From the human T2T-CHM13v2.0 reference genome, Homo sapiens, in NCBI RefSeq assembly GCF_009914755.1, contig NC_060938.1: a stretch of 64,000 nucleotides of DNA; one strand, written 5' to 3'. How positions within the stretch are numbered: position 1 is the first letter of the stretch; each line of letters starts with the position of its first letter. Below the pieces are notes generated by a model. The model was not told the DNA's origin and made no database searches. It saw only the letters and a list, made by a program, of their open reading frames with translations. Position numbers and translations under genes: made by a program. Shown here in pieces: positions 21,472-34,311 of this stretch.

Positions 21472-24447
21472 GGCACAAATATCTCTCTCTTTCAATTCAC
21501 TACCTACGTTTCAAACAAGCTATTCATGCTATTATGGGAAAGACACTGCTTTTCCTCTTCTGTTGATTTTTTTTTTTTCTGAGCTTGTCCCCTCTCAGAT
21601 TTTAATAATTTTGGTTCTTTAATACATGAAAAAGTAAGTAAAATATGCCATGTATTATGGGTATGCACCAAGTCAACTATAATACAGTATATCTGATATA
21701 TACTGACTGTCATGCTTGAATGAATGTTAATAGAATTTATTCTGAAGGTACATGTGAGAGACATCTACTGTTTAACTATTTACTGTACCCTTAAGATGAA
21801 AAGTGGAGTTGTCACTACAGCTTTCAAGTCACACTAAAGCCACCAAAACAAAGATGCAAATTTGACCCAAATCTGAATTGCAGAATTGAATCAGCCTGTG
21901 TTTTGTGCCTCAATTTCCAGCTCACTTTTAACAAAAGCCAAAAAAAAAAAAAGTTTCATGTAATTCATTTCACGCAATGATGGGCTGGGTCTCAGCCAAA
22001 GACTGAGATGCAAGAATCTGGCAAAAAGGCAATATAGAGATTCTGTTACCCAGAGACCAGGATGGCACTGTGCAGGAGACAGTACTGTCCTTTTGTTGGA
22101 AGACAGCTGAGAGAAAAGTTAAACTGTATTTTTTCATCAGCTTCTCTCCTAAATTGCCTTCACTTCAAATCAAGGGTAAGCTATATTTGTCAATTACCTA
22201 AATAATTAATTATAACAGCCAAGTATGGACGATGTCAGTTATGGAGCATAATTTTGCATGCCTTCCATTTTTCTACCTTTTAAAAAAAATTTTAGATAAA
22301 TAATACTCCAAAAATATTTTGAATAAAAAGCTCTTCATGTACCTTGATGATTTGGAGGAATGCCAGTATTCTGTTTATGCCATGCCTAATCTAGGAGATT
22401 AAAAAACTGCAGGTTTAAGTCCTTGTTTCTCATTTAAATTCACTACACTCTGCAGTTGTGCAAAGTAACTTAAAATGTTAAAAGTTTTTCATCTAACATA
22501 TTGTTGCCTTTTAATAATAATTAATGGCTTTCACTTTATAATACGGTGACTTAAATCAAAACCTGCCGTATTCTACAGCATTCATTGATCTCAAACAGGA
22601 GAAATGTGGTTAGTGTATGACATTTTAAAAGGTTGTTTACTACATAGATAAGAATGGCAACCTTATGTGCTTGATAAAGTAGCGATAAGTCTGTTTACAT
22701 TGCATTTTAATATATCCATTGGTAATTTGATAAATAACAATAATATTTTTAGAAAATTGTTTAAGTTATGTCACATGTATTGCTTCCTCAACAGAATTTT
22801 AAGTCAACATTATTTTGAAAAAAGAAATAATATTTAGCTATCCTTTATGAATCAGAGACTTTAAAAATAGTTGCCATTTTGACAAAAACATCATTCAAAT
22901 ACAACATGCAGGTTTGCAGTGAGAGAGTAGGGTGAGGGAAGATTTTTTTAAATCCTGTACCACACTAACACCACCAGGCATACTGTTTTAATTGGCATGA
23001 TTACATTTTAATTGGCATGAAAAAAATTAAAGACAAGGATTTTAACTTCTAACAATAGTAAAATAGAGGTATATGGTTTTTAATATTACTTTCATCTAAG
23101 GTGAACAGTGTGGAATGGAAATACATTAGAATGAAATGTCAGTGGTGCGTACAGTTTAATCTGTGAAATTGTGTCCCCTGTGCTGCATATTACTCTGTCT
23201 CAATTGCATATTAAACAACCCTATCAAGGCAGGCATTGGCATCTGCTGTGCTGACACAAATTGTGAATTAAATGAAATTGATGTCCTCTGTCGTATATTT
23301 ATGAAGACGGACCATTCTCTGAAGTATTCTGTTTATGAAGAATTTATGATTGCAAACTGTTCCAGAACAAAAAAGTGGCAATAAATTCTTTTTTGTGACC
23401 CTACCCTCCAAGGGCATTGATTTCACCTCCTGCTGCTACTTTTGTTACAGCGTAAAAACAATAGCTAAATCTGGATTCCACTGAGGGTCTTCAAATTATC
23501 AGTATTTTCACCATGAAAATACAAGGGTGTTGCCAAGAAAGGCTATTTTTCTGCTACAGTCTCCTAAAGATACTATTTACAGAACACTACACACCAGATG
23601 AATGTTTGTTGACTTAATTTTATTTATGTTTTAAAGCTTATTTTTGTAGGTTTAATGCATCATTATAGATTTAAATCCTATTGATTGGGACTGCTTTCCA
23701 CCAAAAAGAAAAAAAGAAAACAGCCCTCCCCGACAACACTCTCCTGCCATAGTGGTTAATTTAAGTAGGCTTCTAGTGTAGTGAATTGGGGATTATTTTA
23801 ACACATATTCGGTATTAGAAAGTCCAGCATCCAGAAATGCAAAATGGAAAGAATTGTGGGATTGAACAATTTCCAAGTCAGGTAAAATCAACAACATCAC
23901 CAAGGAGGCTTCCTTTTCTTAAAACCCTTTAGTTATATGGTTTCGGAAATATGTCACAAAACAAAAAATGGAATTTAATTCTCCGTGTTTGATCTACTCT
24001 TGGCCTCTTTAGTATATTTATTAAACTTACATCTCCTGGACATTTTATGTGGAGAGTTTTTTACTATAAACTCCTATCATGATAATTCAAATGAATTTTT
24101 CTCTGTGACCAAAAAATTCAAATGAATTTTTATCTTGCGAACTATGGGCTAAATCTCCTTTCTATTAAAGGAAAGTAAGTGAATGAGGTCTTCTTAAGTA
24201 TCCGCTGGTACTCAGAACAACTTGCACTGAGAATTCGAATACTAAATGGAACAATGACCTAATCTGAACTGAATGTCAGTAGTGAGGTGGCAGGTATAGA
24301 TGGACTCTTCCAGGTGGCTCTCGTTACCAACAAAACTGTGGTGTGTTTTTGGTACCTAAGTTAATCTATGTTTTTGTTTTTTTGTTGTTCGTGGGGTTTT
24401 TTTTTGTTTGTTTGTTTTATTTTTTGTTTTTTAATCTGATGCATTAG

Positions 24448-24672
24448 AAAACCCTAGGAGAGAAGATCCAGGACACAATGGCAGGGCACAGTGGGTCGAG
24501 TCCACGTGACCTGCTCTCTCCTGAAAGTGGAAGCCTGGTAAGGCAGCTGGAGGTCAGGATCAAAGAACTGAAAGGATGGCTAAGAGATACAGAGCTTTTC
24601 ATCTTCAATTCCTGTCTGAGACAAGAAAAGGAAGGAACAATGAATACTGAGAAACAACTGCAATACTTTAAG
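24448..24672 (+). CDS. AKAP6: AKAP6 coding exon, 225 nt, phase 0/0 (KTLGEKIQDTMAGHSGSSPRDLLSPESGSLVRQLEVRIKELKGWLRDTELFIFNSCLRQEKEGTMNTEKQLQYFK); linker and first helix of spectrin repeat 3
   Basis: Long T/G-rich tract then gcattag|AAA; donor AAG|GTAATA at 24673; spectrin helix-A motif IKELKGWLRDTE. Confidence 0.93.
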
Positions 24673-27552
24673 GTAATAAAAAAACAATCAAAGTTGATAA
24701 AAAGCTCTTTTTATGGTAGGGATGAAATATTTATCAAGTACATGAAGTATTATACCCATGTATCTGTGTATCACTGTGCACCTAAATGTTTCCTTGAATT
24801 TATAGACAACCTCCACATTTCTTATATGTCTCTATGTGTATAAAGATGAACATTAAGCATATCACATATACATTGTAGAGGGGAAATCTCTGCTGCATGT
24901 GTGTTTTTTGCAATGCTTGTTGAGGGAGGACTTTGATGAGTTAAAAGCAGACCAGCAAACACTAAAGATTACTAAGGCCTTTGAAGGACAGACCTAAATG
25001 TTCTGTAAATAACTTGGATAAAAATACTTACACAAATTGATATGATAAAAACACATGATTTAATCGAAGTCCATTACTGCTAACAAAAGGAAACATAATT
25101 TTTACATATGAAAGAGTCAACTATTTATGGAGGGAAGAAATAATGTAAAACAAGTTCACACATTACAGGCATATTCCATTATAGAATATACCAACCTGAG
25201 CAATACAATATTCATTTTCACTGTATGTCCATGGAGAGGCATTTCCCCTGGTTTGTTCCTATTGTTTACACAATATCTATTTAAAAGCAATTTAACATTA
25301 GAATGTTTTCCCCTATTGCCCAACCTAGCCCATACTGCTTGAATCTTTCCATAAATGCAGTCATTATTTGGGTTCTGGCTAGTGCTGGCCTGAGGCTTTG
25401 GGGTTGCAGAATTTGAATTTGGTGGCAATAAATCTTCATCATGAGAAATCTTAAAGAGGAGAAAAAGGAAAACCAAGAAGGAAAGAACTTTTTGGAACCA
25501 AGCAACCATTTCTTCTCAAAGCATCGTAGGACCAGGTTTTATTCATCCCACCTTGCCTGCAATCATCCAGTAATCCGTCAGAATCACATGTGATTCACCT
25601 TCTCTCTGCCAAACAGGCAGAGTCATCTTGCTCACCTCTATAACCCTAGTGGAGGCACCCTCAAAGACAAGACCACAATACTTCCCAATAAACTATCTGC
25701 ATTGCACACCTGTAAATTTGCTTTCATTGAAAACCTCCTCTTCTGCCACTTAACTGACAGACTAAACTGGAAGTTAAAGTGTCTTGCCAAAGCAAATGGG
25801 TTTATGGTCTAAAATCTAATACCCAGGTGATTTGCTGTTTTATCTCTACTTGACCCATCCTAACCTCTACTGCAGGGAGATGGAATCTTCAGATCTTTTA
25901 ATGAAACTTTTCAAACTTTTTGAGATTATGGAGCCCTGATGATTTTTCTTTATGACTTGAAACTAGTTCCTTTCTAAAGTTGACCTTGAGGAGTTTGATC
26001 AGATGAGTTAGGGGGATCTAGCATAATGGCACCTTTTTATTGTTTTTAAAGAAAATTTTATTCATGACTGTTGGAATAAATCTTTTTCCTAGCCAGAATT
26101 TTAAATAATTCTGAGCTATTTACTCTTAGTGTTTGGTATATGATTAATCCAGTGTTCTGTGTATTACCACATTCACTGGAAGAATGGAAGCAAATGTTTG
26201 TAATATAATAATAACGTAATATAATGTTTGTAACCTGTCAAAATTATAATTGGTAATAAGCATGTACAGAGTAACAATTTTTTACTTGCCATAAACCCAA
26301 AGAACAGGTACACTCTGCCTTTCTAAGTGATGAAACAGCTCAGACAGGAGAGTGACTGAAGAACCTTTTTACATATGGGAAACCCTCTGCCATGCTCTGC
26401 CTCTCGTGGGTTCCTAAAGGTCTCCTGCCATGACTGGTCACACAGAAGAGGACAGGCTTTATCTACAAGGTTTAGCTTTATGATTCTTTATCCTATAAAT
26501 CCTCAGCCTTTTAACATAACTGAAGTCCTTTATATGACACTAAGAGTAATGACAGATAAACTACAATGTACTCTCCAGGAGAATGGAAGGGAAGGTGCTG
26601 CATATGAAAAGGAAAACCCATAGCTTTGTAGACAGAACTGCGTTTCCTTCTAATAGATTGGTCTGGGATGAGACAAGGGATCAGGATCTTCAGTTTTCAG
26701 AAAAAAGGACAAACCAATTGTGGAACATTTTCCTTTTCTTTAAGCAATACGTATGAGAAATATGGGATTAGACACAGAAGAAAATTCTACCCAACAAAGA
26801 AAGAGTCCAAACTCAGCAAGAGGGAAGAAACATGAAGGTGTGGTCCTAAGAGCTCTGGGATAGGAATGCAGAATTATCAAGGAATGAACACACTCTGATA
26901 ACAAAATGCAGGAGAGTATGTCAGGGATTTAATGAGGCCAGCTGGCAAAGGGTCCCTTTGAGCTGTGTGTGTGCAGCTTCAATGCCATTGGCTGGAAAGC
27001 ACTACTTTTTAATGATGACCCTTCAGAGAGAAAAGAAAATAATTACTTAATCATATGTTCCTTGTATCCCATAACCAAATTCATTATTCTAAAGACTCCA
27101 AATGGGAAGATATTATTCATTACCAGCTAAAGAAGGCCACAGCGCTGGCCTGGTCCCAAAACGAGTCGAGGAAGAGCAAGTTTAGACCTGTTACAAGACT
27201 TTGTCATCAAGAAGGTGAATGAGTGGATTAGATTTAATAACCTTGTTGATGATTAATAACCGAAATCTGCTTTAATAATTTAAATTTGACCAAGCACTTT
27301 TATGCATATTGTTATACTTAAAATATACACTAATTATGTAAGTCAGAAAATTATGATGACCTTCTTATATGTGTGGGTATTTATCTTTATGAATGAAGAA
27401 TTTGAGTTGTGGAAAGGTAATGTGACTCATTTGAATCCCCATAGCAACCAGCAGCAGAGACAGAGGGAAAATGATTGTCTTTAAGTACAAATTCCCATCC
27501 TGTCATTCACTGACTTTTCAAATACACTTTGAAACTTTGCTTTACTTTAAAT

Positions 27553-27763
27553 CAGGGGTTGACAAACATTTTCTGTAAAAGCCGGATAATAGTATAATCT
27601 CTGTATGAATTACTCAGCTCTGCCATCATAGTGCAAAAGCAGCCACAGACAATATCTAAATGAATAAGTATGGCTGTGTTCAATAAAACTAATTTACAAA
27701 ACTACTTACAAAAGTAGGGCAGTGGGCTTGATTTGACCTAGAGGCCATAGTTTCCTGACCCTG
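27553..27763. mobile_element. MER58A hAT-Charlie MITE
   Basis: TIRs caggggttgacaaac / gtttcctgaccctg; internal gcaaaagcagccacagacaata; hAT-type flanks ctttaaat / ctctagat. Confidence 0.85.
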
Positions 27764-30700
27764 CTCTAGATTACAAAAATTATTATAAGCATGGGAATAG
27801 ATACAGTCTGTGTCATCTTTAAAGAAAGGAGACCATGCTACAATTGCATTAGGGGGACAAAAAGTTATTTTAATAATTGTAACAACCACACCTAATATGT
27901 ATGAGGCACACTTTCTAAATGTTTTACCTGCATTCACTTACTTATTCCTCATCACCATCCTGAGACATATTATAGTATGATCGCTATTTATATTTTATTT
28001 TTATTTTTAAAATTTTGAAAATTCGTGGGTCCATAGTAGGTGTATATATTTATGGAGCACATGAGTTTTTTTGTTACAGACATGCAATGGGTACTAATCA
28101 CGTCATGGAGAATGGGGTATCCATCCCCTCAAGTATTTACCCTCTATGTTACAAACAATCCAATTATACTTTTTTAGTTATTTAAAAATATACAATTAAG
28201 TTACTATTGACTATAGTCCCCCTGTTGTGCTATCAAATACTGGGTCTTATTCATTCATTCTATTTTTTTCTTTGTACCCATTAACCACCCTGTTTGCCCC
28301 TACTACCCTTTCCAGCCTCTGGTAACCATCCCCCCTACTCTCTATATGTGTGAGTTCAATTGTTTTAATTTTTAGAGGCCACAAATAAGTGAGAACATGC
28401 AATGTTTGTCTTTCTGTTCCTGGCTTATTTCACTTAACAAAATGATCTCTGGTTCGGTCCATGTTGTTGTAAATGACACGATCTCATTCTTTTTTATAGC
28501 TGAATAGTATTCCATTATGTATATGTACCACATTTTCTTTATCCATTCTTCTGTTGGTGGATACTTAGGTTGGGCTTCCAAATCTTGGCTATTGTGAATA
28601 GTGCTGCAACAAATATGAGAGTGCAGAAATTTCTTCAATATACTGATTTCCTTTCTTTTGGATATATACCTAGCGGTGGGATTGTTGGATCATATGGTAG
28701 CTCTATTTTTAGTTTTTTGGAGAACCTTCAAACTGTTCCCCATAGTGGTTGTCCTAATTTACATTCCCACCAACAGTGAACAAAAGTTCCCTTTTCTCCA
28801 CATCCTCGCCAGCATTTGTTATTGCCTGTCTTTTGGATAAAAGCCATTTTAACTGGAGTGAGATGGTATCTCATTGTAGATTTAATTTTCATTTCTCTGA
28901 TGCTCAATGATGTTGAGTCCCTTTTCATATGCCTGTTTGCCATTTGTATGTCTTCTTTTGAGAAATGGCTATTCAAACCTTTTGCCCATTTTTTGATCAT
29001 ATTATTAGATTTTTTCCCTATACAGTTGTTTGAGCTCCTTGTATATTCTGGTTATTAATCCCTTGTCAGATGGGTAGTTTGCAAATATTTTCTCCCATTC
29101 TGTGGGTTGTGTCTTCATCTTGTTATTTCCTTTGCTATGCAGTAGCTTTTTATCTTGATATGATCTCATTTGTCCATTTTTGCTGAGGTTGCTTGTGCTT
29201 ATGAGGTATTACCCCAGAAATATTTGCCCAGATCAATGCCCTAGAGATTTCCCCTAATGTTTTCTTGTATTAGTTTCATAGTTTGAGGTCTTAGATTTAA
29301 GTCCTTAATCCATTTTTATTTGATTTTTGTATATGGTGAGAGGTAGGGATCTAGTTTCATCTTCTGCATATAGAGATCCAGTTTTCCCAGCACCATTTAT
29401 TGAAGAGACTGTCTCTTCCACAGTGTATGTTCTTGGCAAGTTTGTTGAAAATGAGTTCACTGTAGGTGTGTGAATTCATTTTTGGGTTCTCTGTTCTGTT
29501 CCATTCGTCTATGTGTCTATTTTTAGGTTGGTACCATGCTATTTGGTTAACTACTAATTCTGTAGTATACTTTGAAGTCAGGTATACAGTTTTATTCTTT
29601 TTCCTCAGGATAGCTTTAGCTATTCTGGGTCTTTTGTGGTTCCATATACATTTTAAAATTGTTTTTTCCATTTCTGTGAAGAATGTCATTGGTATTTTGA
29701 TAGAGATTGTATTGAATTTGTAGATTGCTTTGGATAGTATGGATGTTTTAATAATATTGATTCTTCCAATCCATGAAAATGGAGTGTCTTTCCTTTTTTC
29801 TTTTTTTTTTTTTGTGTGTGTTCTCTTCAATTTCTTTCATCAATGTTTTGTTATTTTAATCATAGAGATTTTTCAGTTCTTTGGTTAATTCCTGGTATTT
29901 AATTTTATTTTAGGCTATTGTAAATGGTATCACTTTTATTAATCTCTTTTTCAGATTGTTCACTGTTGACATATAGAAACGCTACTGATTTTGTTATGTT
30001 GATTTTGTATCCCGCAACTTTACTGAATTTATCAGTTTGAATAGGTTTTTTAGGAGTCTAGGTTTTTTCAAATGTAAGATAATATCTGCAAATGCAGATA
30101 ATTTGACATCTTCTTTTCTGATTTGGATGCCTCTATTTCTTTCTCTTGTCTGATCGCTTTAGCTAGGACTTCCAGAACTATGTTGGTGACAGTGAAAGTG
30201 GACATTCTTGCCATGTTCCAAATCTTGGAGGAAAGGTTTTCAGTTTTCTCCCGTTCAATGTGATACTACCTGTGGCTCGGTCGTATATAGCTTTTATTAT
30301 GTTGAGATATGTTCCATCCATCCCCATTTTTTTTTTAGGATTTTTACCATGTAGGGATGTTGAATTCTATCCAGTGCTTTTTCAGCATCAGTTTAAAGGA
30401 TCATATGGTTTTTATCTTTCATTCTGTTGATATGATGGATCACATTGATTGATTTGCATATGTTGAACCATTCTTGCATCCTTCAGATAAATTCCCCTTG
30501 GTCGTGATGAATAATCTTTTTAATGTATTATTGAATTTGGTTTGCTAGTATTTTGTTGAGGGTTTTTGCATCAGTATTTATCAGAGATATTAGCCTGTAG
30601 GTTTTTTTTTTTTTTTTTTTTTTTTTAGTGCGTCTCTGTCTGGTTTCAGTATCAGGGTAATACTGGTCTCATAGAATGAGTTTGGAAGTATGCCCTCCTC

Positions 30701-33072
30701 TATTTTTTGGAATAATTTTAGTAGGATTGGTATTAGTTTCTCTTTAAATGTTTGGTAACATTCAGCAGTGAAGCCATCGGGTCCCTGGCTTTTCTTTACC
30801 GGGGGATTTTTTATTATGGCTTCAATCTCATTACTTGTTATTGGTCTCTTCAGGTTTTGGATTTCTTCCTGGTTCAATCTTGATAGGTTGTATGTGTCTA
30901 GGAATTTGTTCATTTCTTCTAGGTTCTCCAATTTATTGGCGTATAGTTGCTCATAGTAGCCACTAATGATCCTTTGAATTTCTGAAGTATCACTTACAAT
31001 GTTTCTTTTTTCATTTATGATTTTATTTATTTGGATCTTCTCTCTTTTTCTTAGTCTGCCTAAAGGTTTTTCAATTTTGTTGAACTTAAAAAAATGACTT
31101 TTTATTTCCTTGATCTTTTGTATTTTTTCTTCATTTCAATTTCTTTTATTTCTGCTCTGATCTTCATTATTTCTTTTCTTCTACTAATTTTGGGTTTGGT
31201 TTGCTTATGCTTTTCTAGTTCTTTAAGATGCTTTGTTATATTGTTTATTTGAAGTTTTTCCTCTTTTTTTGATGTAGGCACTTATAACTACAAAATTCCC
31301 TCTTAGTACTGCTTTTACTGTATCCCATAGGTTTTGGTATGTTGTATTTCCATTATCATTTGTTTCAAGAAACTTTTCAATTTCCTTCTTAATTTCTTTA
31401 TTGACCCATTGGTCATTCAGGAGTGTATTGTTTAATTTCCTTGTGTTTGTATAGTTTCCAAAATTTTTCTTGTTATTGATTTCTAGTTTTATTCCATTAT
31501 GGTCAGAGAAGATGCTTGATATTATTTACTTTTTTTGGAATGTTTTAAGACTCGTTTTGTGATCTAACATATGGTCTATCCTTGAGAATGATCCATGTGT
31601 TGAGGAAAAAAATGTGTATTTTGCAGCTCTTGGATGAAAAGTTCTGAAAATATCTATTAGATCCATTTGGTCTATAGTGCAGGCTAAATCCAATGTTTTT
31701 TTCTTGATTTTATGTCTAGAAGATCTGTCTGATGCTGAAAGTGGGTGCGTTGAAGTCTCCAGCTATTACTGTATTGGGGCCTATGTCTCTCTTTAGCTCT
31801 AATAATATTTGCTTTATTGATCTGGGTACTCTAGTATTGAGTGCATACATCTTTCAAATTGTATCATCTTGCTGAATTGACCCCTTTATCATTACATAGT
31901 GACCTTCTTGGTCTCTTCTTATAGTTTTTGCCTTGAAATCTATTTTGTCTGATATACACATAGCTACTCCTCCTCTTTTTTGGTTTCCACTGGCATGGAA
32001 TCTTTTTCTGTCCCTATACTTTCAGTCTATGTGTATCTTTATAGTCAAAGTGTATTTCTTGTAGGCAACAGATCAATGGGTTTTATTTTTTCATCCCTTC
32101 AGCCACTCTGTGTCTTTTTATTGGAGAATTTAGTCCGTTACATTCAGCATTATTATTGATAAGTTAGGACTTACTCCTGCTATTTTGTTATTTGTTTCCT
32201 CATTGTTTTGTGGTCTTCTCTTTCTCATTCTTTCCTTCCTGTCTTCCTTTAGTAAAGGTGTTTTTCTCTGATGATATGATTTAGTTTCTTGCTTTTCATT
32301 GTTTGTGTATCCATTTGTGTGTTTTTTGGTTTGAGGTTACCATGAGGCTTGGAAATACTATCTTATAACCCATTATTTTAAGCTGATAACAACAATACTG
32401 TTTGCATAAACCAACAAACAAGCAAAAAGAAAACTAATAAAAACTCTACACCTTAACTTCTTCCTCCTGCTTTTTAGCTTTTTGTTGTTTCTGTTTATAT
32501 TTTGTTGTACTGTCTGTGTCTTGAAAAGTTGTTGTAGTTATTATTTTTTATTGGTTCATCATTTAGTCTTTCTATTAGGATATGAGTAGTTTACATACCA
32601 CAGTTGCATTGTTAAAATATTCTGTTTTTCTGTGTAATTACTGAAACCAGTGAGTTTTTTACCTTCAGGTGATTACTTGTTGCTCACTAACGTCCTTTTC
32701 TTTCTAACTGAAGTATTCCCCTTAGGATTTCTTGTAGGACAGGTCTGGTGTTGATGAAATCCCTCAGCTTTTGTTTGTTTGGGAAAGTCTCTATTTCTAC
32801 CTCATGTTTGAAAGATATTTTTGCCAGATATACTATTCTAGGGTAAAAAGTTTTTTTCCTTCAGCACTTTAAATATGTCATGTCACTTTCTCCTGGCCTG
32901 TAAGGTTTCCACTGAAAAGTCTGCTGCCCGCCATATTGGAGCTCCATTGTATGTTATTTGCTTCTTTTCTCTTGCCACTTTTAGGATCCTTTCTTTATCC
33001 TTGACCTTTGGGAGTTTATTAAATGCCTTGAGGTAGCCTTCTTTGGGTTAAATCTGCTTGGTGTTATATTCT

Positions 33073-33397
33073 GTTCTTTTTTTTTAATTTTTTTATTTTA
33101 TTTTATTTTATTTTTGAGATGGAGTCTCGCTCTGTCACCCAGGCTAGAGTGCAGTGGCACAATCTCGGCTCACTGCAAACTCCACCTCCTGGGTTCACAC
33201 CATTGTCCTGCCTCAGCCTCATGAGTAGCTGGGACTACAGGCACCCGCCACCACACCCAGCCAATTCTTTGTATCTTTGGTAGAGACAGGGTTTCACTGC
33301 ACTAGCCAGGATGGTCTCGATCTCCTGACCTCGTGATCTGCCCTCCTTGGCCTCCCCAAAGTACTGGGATTACAGGCATGAGCCACTGCACCCGGTC
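33073..33397 (-). mobile_element. AluY-like element inserted in the L1
   Basis: Diagnostic ttcacaccatt / tagccaggatggtctcgatc; TSD cttggtgttatattct (33057-33072) / cttggtataatattct (33398-33413). Confidence 0.9.
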
Positions 33398-34237
33398 CTT
33401 GGTATAATATTCTTGTACTTATTGATATTTTTCTTTGGGTTTGGGAAGTTCTTTGTTTTTATTATCCCTTTGAATGAACTTTCTATTCCTATCTCTCTAC
33501 CTCCTCTTTAAGGCCAATAACTCTTAGATTGGCCCTTTTGAGGCAATTTTCTGGACCTTGGAGGCCTACTTCATTGTTTTTATTCCTTTTTCTGTTGTCT
33601 CCTCTGACTGTATATTTTCAAATAGTCTGTCTTCAAGCTCACTAATTCTTCTGCTTGATAAATTCTGCTGTTAAAAGCCTGATGCATTCTTCAGTATGCC
33701 AACTGCATTTTTTCAGATCCAGAATTTCTGCATGATTCTTTTTAATTATTTTAATCTTTATCTGGTAGAATTCTGAATTCCTTCTCTGTGTTATCTTGAA
33801 TTCTTTGAGTTTTTGCAACACAGCAATTTTGAGTTATTTGTCTGAAAGGTCACATATCTCTGTTTCTCCTGGACTGGTCTCTTGTGCCTTATTTAGTTCA
33901 TTTGGTGAGGTCATGTTTTCCTGGAAGGTGTTGATTCTAGTAGATGTTCTTCGGTATCTGGGCATTGAAGAGTTAGGTATTTATTGTAATCTTTACTGTC
34001 TGGGCTTGTTTGTACCTGTTCTTCTTGGGAAGGCTTTCCAGATATTTGAAATGACTAGGGTGTTGTGATCTATGCTGTATCTGTTTTAGGGAGCACCCTA
34101 AACCCAGTAATGCTGTAGTTCTTGCAGACTCAAAGAGGTACTGGCTTGATGGTCTTGGACAACGTCTAGGATAATTTCTGGATTGCCAGGCAGAGACTCT
34201 TGTTTTTTTCCCTTACTTTCTGCCAAACAAATATTTA

Positions 34238-34243
<6 letters not shown>

Positions 34244-34286
<43 letters not shown>

Positions 34287-34311
34287 TCTCTCTCTGTCTG
34301 TCTCTCTCTCT
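34244..34311. repeat. (TC)n microsatellite within the L1 5' region
   Basis: Direct observation. Confidence 0.95.

Noticed and set aside
24673-24843. ORF continuing past the 225-nt exon donor
   Set aside because: The donor AAG|GTAATA is reasonable and the extension has no recognisable domain or TM; treated as chance read-through.
28372-30956. L1 ORF2-like ORFs as active RT genes
   Set aside because: Short, broken fragments of an old L1MA.
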